Part shown: piece by piece, positions 47,176 through 56,985 of the stretch
Layout of the letters: each line of letters opens with the position of its first letter
Numbering within the stretch: the stretch's first letter is position 1
Assembly: GCA_021296095.1 (NCBI GenBank)
Contig: JAGWBB010000020.1
Location: 605-64,604 of the forward strand
DNA: 64,000 nucleotides
Direction of reading: 5' to 3'
DNA from: Desulfurellaceae bacterium
GTDB taxonomy: Bacteria; Desulfobacterota; Binatia; Bin18
Notes under the pieces: model-generated
What the model saw: the letters and a program-made list of their open reading frames with translations, nothing else
The model's database searches: none
What the model was told of the DNA's origin: nothing
Made by a program: the position numbers and the translations under genes

Positions 47176-48648
47176 ATGCCCGCCTCCAGACAAATCAGTA
47201 TCGGCACCAAGCTCGCCTACGGCGCGGGGCGGATGGCGTTTGCCGCCAAAGACGCCGCTTTTGTCAATTTTGTGATGTTCTATTACACCCAGGTCTTGGG
47301 GGTGTCGGGGACCCTGACCGGCCTGGCGGCGCTGATCGGCCTGTGCAGCGACGCCCTCAGCGACCCCATCGTCGGCTCGTTCTCCGATAATTACCGCTCC
47401 CGCTACGGTCGCCGTCATCCGCTCATGGCCGCAGCTCTGCTGCCCCTGGCCGTGTCCTTTGTGTTTCTGTTCTCCCCGCCTTCGAGCCTGGGCGAGTTCG
47501 CCACCTTTGTGTGGCTGAGCCTGGTCTCGGTGCTGCTGCGTACCTGTCTGACCTTTTTCTCCATTCCGCACGACGCCTTGGGCGCCGAGCTGTCCCAGGA
47601 CTACGAAGAGCGCTCGGTCATCATGGGCTATAAAACCTCGTTGGCCTGGCTGGCCGGCGTTGCCCTGCCGACCCTGTCCCTGGCGTTTGTGTTTCAGTCC
47701 CAGGACGGCACGGACGGGCGCCTGATTGCCGACAACTATGCGATCTACGGCAGCCTGTCGGCCGTCTTCGTCCTGATCGTCGGCACCATCACCTGCGTCT
47801 TCACCTGGAAGGAAATTCCGCATCTGCCCGTCCCGTCGTCCACGCCCCAGGCTTTTCGTCTCCGCCAGCCGTTTATCGACATGTACCAGGCGCTGGGCAA
47901 CCACAACTTCCGCTGGCTGTTCGTGGCCCTGCTGTTTGCCCTGGGCAGCAGCGGCGTCTACGTCAGCCTGATGCTGTACGTGAACACCTACTTCTGGGAA
48001 TTTTCGACCCAGCAGCTGGCCCTGTTTGCCATTCCCTTCCTGCTGGCCACGGCCACCGCCTTCGGCCTGGTCAAACCGCTCGGCCGACGGCTGGAAAAGA
48101 GCCAGATCCTGCTGCTGTCGTTCGGCCTCATCATTCTGAACGGCGGCTGGTGGTTCAGCCTGCGGCTGATCGACGTGCTGCCCGCCAACGGCGACCCGTG
48201 GCTGTTCCCGCTGGCCCTGGCCCAGAGCTATGTCCAGGTCACCTGCCTCGTGCTGAGCCAAATCATGGTTCCGTCCATCGTCGCCGACATCGTCGACGAG
48301 CACGAGTACCACACCGGCGCGCGTAAGGAAGGCGTGTTCTACGCCGGCCATGCCTTTGCCACCAAAGCCACGACCGGCCTGGGGCAGCTCTTCGGCGGGA
48401 TTGTGATTGATCTGATTCGGCTCAATCCAGGTGCCGCACCGGGCACGCTGGACGCGGATGTGGTGTGGAATCTGGGCTTTATTGTTGGGCCGGTGCTGTC
48501 GGCCAGCTTCCTGCTTCCGCTGTTCCTGCTCAGCCGTATTCGTCTCGGGCGCGAGCGACAGGCAGAACTGCGCCGCCTGCTTGACCAGCGGCGGAATCAG
48601 GCCACGGCGCCGATAGCCCCGTCCGCTCAGCCCTCGAAAATCGGATGA
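47176..48648 (+). CDS. MFS transporter, glycoside-pentoside-hexuronide (GPH):cation symporter family
   Basis: 490 aa with 12 predicted TM segments. The N-terminus, ...KLAYGAGRMAFAAKDAAFVNFVMFYYTQVLGVSGTLTG..., is the GPH/MelB-type signature region. Confidence 0.85.
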   Translation: MPASRQISIGTKLAYGAGRMAFAAKDAAFVNFVMFYYTQVLGVSGTLTGLAALIGLCSDALSDPIVGSFSDNYRSRYGRRHPLMAAALLPLAVSFVFLFSPPSSLGEFATFVWLSLVSVLLRTCLTFFSIPHDALGAELSQDYEERSVIMGYKTSLAWLAGVALPTLSLAFVFQSQDGTDGRLIADNYAIYGSLSAVFVLIVGTITCVFTWKEIPHLPVPSSTPQAFRLRQPFIDMYQALGNHNFRWLFVALLFALGSSGVYVSLMLYVNTYFWEFSTQQLALFAIPFLLATATAFGLVKPLGRRLEKSQILLLSFGLIILNGGWWFSLRLIDVLPANGDPWLFPLALAQSYVQVTCLVLSQIMVPSIVADIVDEHEYHTGARKEGVFYAGHAFATKATTGLGQLFGGIVIDLIRLNPGAAPGTLDADVVWNLGFIVGPVLSASFLLPLFLLSRIRLGRERQAELRRLLDQRRNQATAPIAPSAQPSKIG

Positions 48649-49517
48649 GCGTCCATATAGCCCATCTCAAGCAGCTCGACTCCGGGTGCCCAGCGGGCCA
48701 GTTCTTCCCGGATCGGGGCGATGTCGATCGCCTTGGAGAAGCCCGGCAGCCAGTTGTCGTGGTGGCCCAGGATCATCCGCCGGGGGCGGAGCATCTCGGC
48801 CTGGCGGGCTACGAACTGGGCCAGCGAGCCCTGAATCGGCTCGCCGTCAATATTGCCCCGGCCGGCGGCGGCGACAATCGCCACATCGGGCCGCCGGTCG
48901 CGCAGAATGCCGCTCCAGTGCCCGGACGTGTCCTGATACAGCAGCGAGCCGTAGGGCGTTTCAAACACATAGATCAGCGCGCCGCCGTCCCCCCGTGCGC
49001 CCTGAGCTGAGACCTTGAGGTGCTCAACCACCTCGCCGCCCAGGGCACCGAGTTGCGCCCATAAGCCTTGCAAGCGCTCGGTCTGTTCCTGATAGGTCAC
49101 GCCCAGCTCGCCGATGCACACCGCGTCGGAGTCGGGCATGGCGGTCTTGGACCACACGCACGAGTGCTGGCTGGGGTAGACATCGACGCTCACCTGGGGG
49201 GCGAGTTGCACCTTTTCACCGCCCGCCACCGGCATCAGCTGCTCCTCCGGCACCCCCTGGGCGGCCATGATGCGGATCGACTCGTAGGAGCCGATGATGG
49301 TCGCGCCGGTGGCCTTGGCAATCCGCTCGGCGCCGTACAGATGATCGAAGTGTGAGTGGCCGACCACGATCCAGTCGGCCTGCCGCACGTCCTCGGTGCT
49401 CATGCCGGTTGGGGCCGCACTCGGCACCCGGTCGATATAGGCGTCCAGAAAAACAACCAGCCCGTCGATGCTGAGCCGAAACGTAGCGCAGCCGAGCCAA
49501 TCCAGCGTCGTGCTCAT
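48627..49517 (-). CDS. MBL-fold metallo-hydrolase
   Basis: Start at the ATG at 49517 after GGGGAG. The HxHxDH motif is VVGHSHFDHL. 296 aa. Its 3' end overlaps the convergent transporter gene by 22 nt. Confidence 0.8.
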   Translation of the reverse strand: MSTTLDWLGCATFRLSIDGLVVFLDAYIDRVPSAAPTGMSTEDVRQADWIVVGHSHFDHLYGAERIAKATGATIIGSYESIRIMAAQGVPEEQLMPVAGGEKVQLAPQVSVDVYPSQHSCVWSKTAMPDSDAVCIGELGVTYQEQTERLQGLWAQLGALGGEVVEHLKVSAQGARGDGGALIYVFETPYGSLLYQDTSGHWSGILRDRRPDVAIVAAAGRGNIDGEPIQGSLAQFVARQAEMLRPRRMILGHHDNWLPGFSKAIDIAPIREELARWAPGVELLEMGYMDAHPIFEG

Positions 49518-49601
49518 GGCTTCTCCCCTTTCTCGCACACCGCCCTAGCAATTTCGCCCTGCGTTGACAATGCCCGCCCGCCTGCGCTATACGCCGCAGC
49601 C

Positions 49602-50387
49602 ATGTCAGACCCCACGCTTCTGGTCGATACACACGACGCCGTCGCCACCCTGACCCTCAACCGTCCCCAGGCCATGAACGCCCTGTCGCGCGAGTTGCGG
49701 CTGCGGCTGGTCGAGACCCTGGAACAGCTGCGGGGCGACCCTGAGATTCGGGTGGTCATTCTGACCGGTGCGGGTCAGCGCGCCTTTTGTGCCGGGCTGG
49801 ACCTGAAGGAGCTGGGCCAGGCCGATTCCAGCCTCACCCGAGACGTGGCTCCCGGCAATGAACTCGATGTGGTTGAAGCCCTCAACCGCTTCGAGCGGCC
49901 GATTATCGGGGCCATCAACGGGGTGGCGATCACCGGCGGTTTCGAGCTGGCGCTGGCCTGCGATGTCCTCATCGCCTCAAGCGCGGCTCGTTTTGCCGAT
50001 ACCCACGCCCGGGTCGGGGTGATGCCGGGCTGGGGATTGAGCCAGAAACTGTCCCGGCTGGTCGGCATCTACCGCGCCAAAGAACTGTCGCTGACCGGCA
50101 ACTTCCTGTCCGCCGAACAGGCTGCCGCCTGGGGTGTGGTGAATCGGGTGGTGACGCCTCAGGATTTGCTGCCGACCTGCCGGGCGCTGGCCGCAGACAT
50201 GCTGTCGTGCGAGCCCGACATGCTGGTGAAGATGAAACGCACCATCAACACGGGTTTTGCCCAGAGCCTGGCGGATGGACTGGCGATCGAGGCCAGGGAG
50301 TGGCGCGACCACCTGCGCTCCGTCACCCCGGCCGCCATTGCCGACAGACGCCTCGGCATCCAGCAACGGGGCCGGGACCAGACCTGA
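49602..50387 (+). CDS. Enoyl-CoA hydratase/isomerase family protein
   Basis: Start at the ATG at 49602 (MSDPTLLVDTHDAVATLTLNRPQAMNAL...). Crotonase motifs VVILTGAGQRAFCAGLDL and PIIGAINGVAITGGFELALACDVLIAS. Confidence 0.85.
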   Translation: MSDPTLLVDTHDAVATLTLNRPQAMNALSRELRLRLVETLEQLRGDPEIRVVILTGAGQRAFCAGLDLKELGQADSSLTRDVAPGNELDVVEALNRFERPIIGAINGVAITGGFELALACDVLIASSAARFADTHARVGVMPGWGLSQKLSRLVGIYRAKELSLTGNFLSAEQAAAWGVVNRVVTPQDLLPTCRALAADMLSCEPDMLVKMKRTINTGFAQSLADGLAIEAREWRDHLRSVTPAAIADRRLGIQQRGRDQT

Positions 50388-50390
50388 CGG

Positions 50391-51947
50391 CTAGGGCCGG
50401 ATGGTATACGCCCGGGGCCCGAGCTGGGCCTGCAACTGGGGCTGGACCATCTCAACCCAGTCACACACGGCCGGACGCGTGTGGCGGGGATCAATGAGAT
50501 CGTGGACGCTGAAATTCTCGGCTCGGGAGTAGGGGTTGCGCTGGGCGGCGATGCGCTCCTCAAGCTCGCGCCGTTTGGCATCCGGGTCGGGCGCGGCGGC
50601 AATCTCACGCCGAAACGCCACCGCCACGCCGCCCTCAATCGGCAGGGCGCCGGCCTCGGCCGACGGCCAAGCCAGGACCGTGCCGCCCGAGGCGAAGTGG
50701 GCGGCACCGGCCACCCCGTACATCTTGCGCACGATGACCGAAATCCAAGGCACGCTCGACTGCATGATGGCAAACAGAGTGGCCGTGCCGTGCCGAATCG
50801 TGGCCGCCTGTTCGGCCTCGGGACCGATCATGAAACCCGGCTCATCGACCAGACTCACCACCGGCAGATGAAAGGTATCGCACAGGTCGACAAAACGGCG
50901 CACTTTCTGGGCGGCGTCCGCAGTCATGGCCCCGGCAAACCACATCGGATCGTTGGCCATGATTCCGACCGGATACCCGTTCAGCCGGGCCAGCCCGGTG
51001 ACCTGCGACTGCCCGTACAGCGACGACAACTCAAAAAAAGAGCCGCGGTCAACAACCGCCTCGATAATCCGGCGGATGGCATACGCCCGGCGCCGGTTGT
51101 GGGGAATAATCGACAGCAGCGCTTCGTCCTGCCGCTTGGGGTCGTCATCGCACGCCGCCAGCGGCGGGGTCTCCCAGATATTGCTTGGCAGATAGCTGAG
51201 AAAGCGCCGAATCAGGTCCAACACCCCGTGTTCGTCATCGGCCACATTATCCACCACCCCGCTGCTGAGGTGGACCTGGGGTCCGCCCAGCTCTTCTTTG
51301 GTGTACAGGCGGCCAAACGCCCGTTCGACAATCGCCGGGCCGGCAATCATGACCTGGGCGGTCGCCTTGGTCATGACCGAAAAGTGCGAGGCCACGAGTC
51401 TGGCTGCGGGCAAGCCGGCCACCGCCCCGACCGCAGCCGACACGACCGGGACCATGCTCATGGCCTGCATGACCGACATGAAACGGTGTGGCGCATTGGC
51501 CGCACTGCCACCGTCGCCACCGCCCTGGCCTTGACCACGCGGCACGCTGCCCCCGCCGCCCTCCAGAAAACGGATCAGCGGGATGCGGTACTGGGCGGCC
51601 AACTCTTCAATGAACACGCTCTTGCGCAGGCCGGCCGGCGTGGGTGAGCCGCCCCGCAGGGTGAAGTCTTCGCCGCCGACCACGCACGGCCGACCCTCGA
51701 TCTTGCCGAAGCCCAACACATAGTTGGCCGGCGAGAAGGTCCGCAACTCGCCGTTCTCATCCGTTTCCGAATAGCCCGCAATGCGGCCCTGCTCACGAAA
51801 CGAGCCCTCGTCAAGCAGCCCGGTGCAGCGCTCGCGGATGGTCAGCCGTCCCCTGGCGTGCTGCTGCTTGACCGCTTCCGGGCCGCCGTGTTCGAGGGCC
51901 AGTCGGCGACGGAGTTCAATACCGTCCACTTCTTTTTGCCAGCTCAT
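50391..51947 (-). CDS. Acyl-CoA carboxylase carboxyltransferase subunit (propionyl-CoA carboxylase beta / methylmalonyl-CoA carboxyltransferase family)
   Basis: 518 aa. Both the N- and C-terminal carboxyltransferase halves are present (...GGGSVPRGQG... and ...MYGVAGAAHF...). Confidence 0.9.
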   Translation of the reverse strand: MSWQKEVDGIELRRRLALEHGGPEAVKQQHARGRLTIRERCTGLLDEGSFREQGRIAGYSETDENGELRTFSPANYVLGFGKIEGRPCVVGGEDFTLRGGSPTPAGLRKSVFIEELAAQYRIPLIRFLEGGGGSVPRGQGQGGGDGGSAANAPHRFMSVMQAMSMVPVVSAAVGAVAGLPAARLVASHFSVMTKATAQVMIAGPAIVERAFGRLYTKEELGGPQVHLSSGVVDNVADDEHGVLDLIRRFLSYLPSNIWETPPLAACDDDPKRQDEALLSIIPHNRRRAYAIRRIIEAVVDRGSFFELSSLYGQSQVTGLARLNGYPVGIMANDPMWFAGAMTADAAQKVRRFVDLCDTFHLPVVSLVDEPGFMIGPEAEQAATIRHGTATLFAIMQSSVPWISVIVRKMYGVAGAAHFASGGTVLAWPSAEAGALPIEGGVAVAFRREIAAAPDPDAKRRELEERIAAQRNPYSRAENFSVHDLIDPRHTRPAVCDWVEMVQPQLQAQLGPRAYTIRP

Positions 51948-51995
51948 GATGCGCTTTCCATCTGTCGGTAGGAGGGCTGAGGCGTGGAGAGGAAC

Positions 51996-52349
51996 CTAGT
52001 TGTCGGTCTTTGGAGGCGTATACACCGGCGTCGGCAGGGGCGTGACCTTGTCGCTGGATTCGGGCACGGCATGGATCCTGCTCGCCCCACGTTTCTCGAC
52101 CTCGTCGATACGGACGACCGCGTGGAGGGGAATATAGCTCCGCTCTACGCCCGAGAATTCGCGCTGCAAGCTTTCCTCTGCGGGATCGACGACCAGGCTG
52201 GTCTTTTCGCCAAAGAGCAGCCCTTCAACCTCGACAAAGCCAAACAGGCTGCCCTGGCTGACGCTCTTGGCGTAGACTTCGTAGACTTGGCCGTGGTTCG
52301 AGAAGATGACCCTGTAGATCCGTTTGGTCTTGGCCGTGGCTGTCGGCAT
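51996..52349 (-). CDS. Small conserved hypothetical protein (DUF1820-like, family recalled from memory)
   Basis: 117 aa: MPTATAKTKRIYRVIFSNHGQVYEVYAKSVSQGSLFGFVEVEGLLFGEKTSLVVDPAEESLQREFSGVERSYIPLHAVVRIDEVEKRG. Normal protein-like composition and no overlapping better ORF. Confidence 0.55.
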   Translation of the reverse strand: MPTATAKTKRIYRVIFSNHGQVYEVYAKSVSQGSLFGFVEVEGLLFGEKTSLVVDPAEESLQREFSGVERSYIPLHAVVRIDEVEKRGASRIHAVPESSDKVTPLPTPVYTPPKTDN

Positions 52350-52352
52350 AGG

Positions 52353-52799
52353 CTAGAAATCAATCAGCTCAAGAATGGTGCCGTCCGGGTCGGTAAAACA
52401 CACAAAACTGGCCCGGCCCTGATTCGGAAAGTTGAGTTCTTGGGGCTCTGAGAAAAACTCGACGCCCTTGGCCTTGAGGTCTTCGTAGACCTGGGGCAGG
52501 TTCTTGGTCTTCAGCGCCAGGCGGGCCATGCCCACGTGGTAGAGGTGCGGGTAGGCTTGGCCGGCGGTCTTGGGGTTCTTCCACTCGATCAGGTCAATGC
52601 GTGTGGCGTGCGGGTCCTCGCCCAGCATCAGCAGGGCTGCCCTGCCCCGTCCGTCCGGAATCCGCAGCCCCGCGTTCAGGGCCTGGCTCCCGCCTTCGCC
52701 CAGGTCGGCCACGACCCTGAAACCCAGCATCTGGTAAAATTCGAGCGAGCGTTCAAAGTCGGTCACGTTGATATTAATGTGAAAAATCCCCTGGATCAT
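52353..52799 (-). CDS. VOC family protein (glyoxalase/bleomycin-resistance/dioxygenase fold)
   Basis: MIQGIFHININVTDFERSLEFYQMLGFRVV... and a second ...HVGMARLALKT...GTILELIDF half form two beta-alpha-beta-beta-beta modules. Confidence 0.8.
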   Translation of the reverse strand: MIQGIFHININVTDFERSLEFYQMLGFRVVADLGEGGSQALNAGLRIPDGRGRAALLMLGEDPHATRIDLIEWKNPKTAGQAYPHLYHVGMARLALKTKNLPQVYEDLKAKGVEFFSEPQELNFPNQGRASFVCFTDPDGTILELIDF

Positions 52800-52818
52800 G
52801 GCTCTTCCCCCACTCTAT

Positions 52819-54033
52819 CTAGGGTTGACGGGCGATACGCTGGGATGGTCGGACCGGCAGCATGTTTTTCAGCTCGGCTTCGAGGACCTCTTCGGCGATA
52901 AAGCCGGTAAACGCCCGCTTGATCGTGCCGTCGGGTGCGAACAAAAAGCTGCTGGGCAGGGCAAAGACCTGGTAGCGCATACCGATGGCCTGCTCGGTAT
53001 CCCGCCCAACGGCGTACGGAATGTGGTATCTGTCGGCAAACTCCCGCACCCCGTCCTCTTCGCTCTGGAGGGCCACGCCAATGACCGCAAAGCCCTGGTT
53101 CTTATACTTGTTGTACATGCGCACCAGAGCCGGCGTCTCGACCACGCACGGGCCGCACCAGGTCGCCCAGAAGTTGACCAGGACGACCTTGCCGTGGTAG
53201 TCGGCCAGGCTGACCTGCTCACGATCAATTGTGGTCAGGGTGAAATTGTAGCTGCCGTAGTGCTCATCCGCCGGCGTGAGCGCCGCCGAGGCGGCCGGCT
53301 CGGATGTCTCGGCAACCAGCAGTTCTTCAGGGTTGAGAAACGTCAGCCGCGAGGAGATCCACGCCATCTTATCGCTGAAGACCAGGATACCAACCACCAT
53401 CAGCAACACGCCGCTGGCAACCTCGAGCCGCCGCAGATGGCTTTTCATTCCACCGAAGACGGTCAAAAAGCCGTTCAGAAAAACGGCCGACAGAACAAAC
53501 GGAATACCCAGACCGAGCGAATAGACGGCCAGCAGCAACACCCCCTGGCCCAGGGTATCAGCCGTTGCCGCCAGGGCCAGGATCGCAGCCAGGATCGGCC
53601 CCACACACGGCGTCCAGCCAAAAGCAAACAGCAACCCGGCAACAAACGCCCGAACCATGCCGGGCGGCGCATCCTGGCCGGAAAAACGGCGCTCGCGCAA
53701 CAGGCCGGGGATGGGCAGCAGCCCGGTCAGGTGGAGTCCGAGCAGCATGATGCCGATACCGGCCACGCCCTTGAGCAGACCGAGATGGGCGCGCAGCAGA
53801 GCGCTCAGGGCCGACGCGCCCGCGCCCAGGGCGATAAACACCAGCGAGAAGCCCAGCACAAACGGCAGGCTCTTCAGCATCGCGCCCAGCATGACCCGCG
53901 ACCGCCCCTGGCTCAGCTCCTCAAAGCTCAGACCGGTAATAAAGGTCAGATAGCCGGGAACAATGGGCAGGACACACGGCGAGGCAAATGACAGAAAGCC
54001 GGCCAGCAGAGCAATACCGAGTCCGATATCCAT
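52819..54033 (-). CDS. Fused cytochrome c biogenesis CcdA/DsbD-like membrane domain + TlpA-like thioredoxin domain
   Basis: The N-terminal 6-TM domain carries the conserved Cys pair (SPCVLP...; WTPCVGP). The C-terminal periplasmic thioredoxin fold has WATWCGPC. Confidence 0.85.
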   Translation of the reverse strand: MDIGLGIALLAGFLSFASPCVLPIVPGYLTFITGLSFEELSQGRSRVMLGAMLKSLPFVLGFSLVFIALGAGASALSALLRAHLGLLKGVAGIGIMLLGLHLTGLLPIPGLLRERRFSGQDAPPGMVRAFVAGLLFAFGWTPCVGPILAAILALAATADTLGQGVLLLAVYSLGLGIPFVLSAVFLNGFLTVFGGMKSHLRRLEVASGVLLMVVGILVFSDKMAWISSRLTFLNPEELLVAETSEPAASAALTPADEHYGSYNFTLTTIDREQVSLADYHGKVVLVNFWATWCGPCVVETPALVRMYNKYKNQGFAVIGVALQSEEDGVREFADRYHIPYAVGRDTEQAIGMRYQVFALPSSFLFAPDGTIKRAFTGFIAEEVLEAELKNMLPVRPSQRIARQP

Positions 54034-54087
54034 AGAGACAAGCGCCTTTGTACGCCGAGGCTTACAGGTTCACAGCGTCAGCGGTGG

Positions 54088-54177
54088 TGGCGGAGAGAGA
54101 GGGATTCGAACCCTCGATGCCTTTCGGCATACACGATTTCGAGTCGTGCGCGATCAACCGGACTCTGCCATCTCTCC
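54088..54177 (-). tRNA. tRNA-Ser (anticodon CGA), type II with long variable arm, CCA encoded
   Basis: Revcomp reads GGAGAGA-TG-GCA-GAGTCCGGTTGA-TCGC-G-CACGA-CTCGAAA-TCGTG-TATGCCGAAAGGCATC-GAGGG-TTCGAAT-CCCTC-TCTCTCC-G-CCA. It has a 7 bp acceptor stem, discriminator G, a long variable stem-loop and anticodon CGA. There is one A-C mismatch in the D stem. It is not tRNA-Sec: the anticodon is not UCA and the acceptor stem is 7 bp. Confidence 0.75.
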
Positions 54178-54251
54178 GCACGGCTATACTGGCCACTATA
54201 CGGCATTTCTGACGTATGCGTAAAGGCCGCAGGCCAGGGGCGACCCGTCCT

Positions 54252-54716
54252 CTAGCCCCGGCCGGCCTTTCGTCTGGCCTGAAAAAAGCCTTGCAACAGG
54301 GTGCGCGCCTCGTCAGCCCGCACTCCGGCCACGACCTCAATCCGGTGATTGAGGCGCGTATCGTGGGCCAAGTCATATACCGAACCGGCAGCCCCGGCTC
54401 TGGGGTCGGGACAGCCAAAGACCAGTCGCTTGACCCGGGCCTGAATGAGCGCACCCATGCACATCACACACGGCTCAAGGGTGACGTACAGGGTCGCCCC
54501 GACCAGTCGGTAATTGCCGACCGTGCGCGCGGCTTCACGCACGGCCTGGACTTCGGCGTGGGCGGTTGGATCGTGGCGGCCGACCGGCTGGTTGTGCCCC
54601 TGCCCCAGACACCGGTCGTCCCGAACGAGCAGCGCGCCGACCGGCACCTCGCCGGCCCGTGCGGCGCGCCGGGCCTGGTCGAGGGCCAAGGCCATCCAAG
54701 ACGCGTGCTCAGTCAT
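54252..54716 (-). CDS. tadA: tRNA adenosine(34) deaminase
   Basis: Start at the ATG at 54716 (MTEHASWMALALDQARRAARAGEVPVGALLV...). Zinc motifs HAEVQAV and PCVMCMGAL. Adjacent to a tRNA gene, as is common. Confidence 0.85.
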   Translation of the reverse strand: MTEHASWMALALDQARRAARAGEVPVGALLVRDDRCLGQGHNQPVGRHDPTAHAEVQAVREAARTVGNYRLVGATLYVTLEPCVMCMGALIQARVKRLVFGCPDPRAGAAGSVYDLAHDTRLNHRIEVVAGVRADEARTLLQGFFQARRKAGRG

Positions 54717-56331
54717 ACGCCGCCCGGTAGACCTCGCCGATAGGAGCCAGACCGCCCTGGCTCCCGACCAGCCACTCGACCTCAAGACCGTAGGCTTCGA
54801 TCGCCGCTACCAGCTCCCGGCTCCAGGCCCGCACCTGACGCGGGGCGCCGGGCGAGAAGAGATCCGCCACAAACAGCAGCTTGTCCTGGGGCAGAAACAC
54901 CATCAGCATCCCCTCGGCGTGCGAGTTTTCGACCGGATAGATCTCGACCGTCCGCCGCCCGTCGGTCAGGACCTTCTTGTCCTGTCCAACGCCGTCAATC
55001 ACCGCCGGCCTGGGATAGCGCTGCAAACGATCAGGCCTGACGGTGTGCGGCGCGTCCAAGACGTGCTGTAAAAACGCGACGTTGGTCTGGCTGGTGACCA
55101 GACTGATGCCAGCCGCGACATAGGTCCGCAGCCCGCCGGCGTGGTCGTCATGAAAATGGGTGTTGATGACCGTCCGCAGCGGTTTGCCGGGAAAGCGTCG
55201 CTCCAGGCTGTCGATCACCCGCAGCGAACGCGCCTCATACAGCGGCGCTTCAACAACGATGACGTGGTCGGCCATGGCAATGCCCAAGCTGTGATGGCTG
55301 CCGCCGGTGACATGCACCACACCCGGGGCGACATCAATCATCCGAACCCGGGTCTGCTCTTCATCCACCGGGTCGGCCAGGGCGATCCGCCGCAGCAGCC
55401 ACTGCGAGCTCAGCTCGCCCCGAGCCGGGCTGCCGTTGTCGGCCCGGACAATGGACGCCGGCAGGGCAAAATCCGCCTCTGCCAGCGGGACGTTGTTCTC
55501 AATCGACTCAACCCGTTCGGTCATGATGAGCCGGCCGTTCACCCGCCACAGCGATGAAAACGGCATCGTGATATCCCCCACCTGCCGCCAATCGGAGAAG
55601 AAGCGTTCGTTGTGGCTGTCGCCGTGCAGGGGGTCGTCTTCGAGAAACTGGACTCTGCTCAGCAGGCGGGTCTGGGCGTCCAGGGCGATAATCACCGCTG
55701 TCCCGCCGTCATCGTAGGCGATCACATAGTGCAGGCGGTCACGGATGAGCTGGTCGCGGAGGCGGAGCAGCGAGGTCTGTCGGGACAGGGCTGTCAGCAG
55801 CACCGAGACTGGTGAGCGGCCCAACTCTTTTTTGCGCATGGCAATCCGAGCAGCCGAGGCCGCCCGCCGGTGGGGACTGCGCAGGCCGTCGGCGCCAAGG
55901 ATCAGGCCGCTATAGCCGTCACTGATTTCGGTATACACCGACCGGGCCGGAACAGGGAACACGGTGTCGCGCTGCCACTCATAGCGGTAGCGGCCGCCAC
56001 CGAAGTCGCGCAGCAGGCGGTAGCAGAAACGCGAGACCTTGGGCGCGGCGGCGCCGGGACGAATCGCCTGGGCAGGATCGAAGTTTTCTCCGCAGGCCCG
56101 GATATGCTGAGTCTGAAGCGCCAGCAGCGCCTCAATCCCGCCCATGGCCGCGACCGCAGAGTCCAGATAGAGCTTGGCCGTCTGAGCCCCGACAGGCGAG
56201 GCGGACAGCAGGGCGAGGCTGAGCGCCGCCAGCCCGCAGCCCGCCCGCCACCGGGGGTGCCTGTTCAGAGCCGTGGTCAGGAGTGGAGAGGCTGGGGCAC
56301 AGGGCTGGTGGCGGGCTGAGGATGCTTGCAT
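54709..56331 (-). CDS. Secreted MBL-fold metallo-hydrolase with N-terminal accessory domain
   Basis: 540 aa. The signal is AALSLALLSASPVGAQ. The C-terminal half carries THFHDDHAGGL (HxHxDH). It overlaps the tadA start by 8 nt. Confidence 0.75.
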   Translation of the reverse strand: MQASSARHQPCAPASPLLTTALNRHPRWRAGCGLAALSLALLSASPVGAQTAKLYLDSAVAAMGGIEALLALQTQHIRACGENFDPAQAIRPGAAAPKVSRFCYRLLRDFGGGRYRYEWQRDTVFPVPARSVYTEISDGYSGLILGADGLRSPHRRAASAARIAMRKKELGRSPVSVLLTALSRQTSLLRLRDQLIRDRLHYVIAYDDGGTAVIIALDAQTRLLSRVQFLEDDPLHGDSHNERFFSDWRQVGDITMPFSSLWRVNGRLIMTERVESIENNVPLAEADFALPASIVRADNGSPARGELSSQWLLRRIALADPVDEEQTRVRMIDVAPGVVHVTGGSHHSLGIAMADHVIVVEAPLYEARSLRVIDSLERRFPGKPLRTVINTHFHDDHAGGLRTYVAAGISLVTSQTNVAFLQHVLDAPHTVRPDRLQRYPRPAVIDGVGQDKKVLTDGRRTVEIYPVENSHAEGMLMVFLPQDKLLFVADLFSPGAPRQVRAWSRELVAAIEAYGLEVEWLVGSQGGLAPIGEVYRAAYD

Positions 56332-56367
56332 TGATACGGGCGGCGGGAGCGCTGACGCCTCGTCCGG

Positions 56368-56985
56368 TCAGGCCGCAAACCCGATCTTCACCTCTTCATA
56401 GCTGGGCCGCTGTTTCAGCCGCTGATGCCAGGCCGCAACGTTTGGAAACGAGCCGAAATCAACGCCCGCCCGTTCGGCCAGGGTCAGAAAAGGCGTGAAG
56501 GTCAGATCGGCAATGCCGTGTTCCCCCATCAGGTAGTCATGCCCGTCCAGCTGCTGTTCAAGCTGCGGCAACAGGCCGGTCAGCTTGTCCTGCTGGTGGC
56601 GCATCTTGTCCGCACTCTGCTCGGCGGCCGGTTTGCGTTTTTCGTACAGCATGCTCAGCACCGGCGGCACGAACTGACTGTTGCAGAACTCGACCCACAG
56701 ACGCATCTCGGCCTTGGCCCGACCGTCTGTGGGCGCCAGCCGGGGCGTGGGGTATTGCTCTTCGAGGTATTCGTTGCACAGCGCGGATTCCACCACCCAG
56801 GCGTCCTCTTCAACCAGCACCGGAACCTTGCCGTACGGGTTGATCGCCAGGAACCAGGGCTGTTTTTGTTCCTTGCTGGGCAGGTCAATGATGATCCGTT
56901 CAAAATCGAGGTCTTTTTCCTTGAGAACGATCCTCGTCCTCATGGCAAACGGTCAGGCCAGATAGTCAAACAACTTGCGGTTCAT
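56368..56985 (-). CDS. Omega-class-like glutathione transferase with in-frame TGA at the catalytic Cys codon (candidate selenoprotein; otherwise a pseudogene)
   Basis: The track ORF 56368..56943 starts at MRTRIVL with no SD. In the same frame 42 nt upstream is ATG 56985-56983 preceded by AGGAGG (5 nt spacer), reading MNRKLFDYLA-TGA(56955-56953)-PFAMRTRIVLKEKDLDFERIIIDLPSKEQKQPWFLAINPYGKVPVLVEEDAWVVESALCNEYLEEQYP.... This aligns to omega-GST ...CPFAERTRLVLKAKGI...NPFGLVPVL...YESAITCEYL..., with TGA exactly at the catalytic Cys. A stem-loop GAGGACGA-GGA-UCGUUCUC begins 11 nt 3' of the UGA. Confidence 0.6.

Noticed and set aside
54088-54177. Possibility that the long-variable-arm tRNA is tRNA-Sec, which would support the UGA-GST hypothesis
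   Set aside because: The anticodon loop reads CUCGAAA (anticodon CGA, Ser), the acceptor stem is 7 bp and the discriminator is G. tRNA-Sec needs a UCA anticodon and an 8 bp acceptor stem. Any selC must be elsewhere in the genome.
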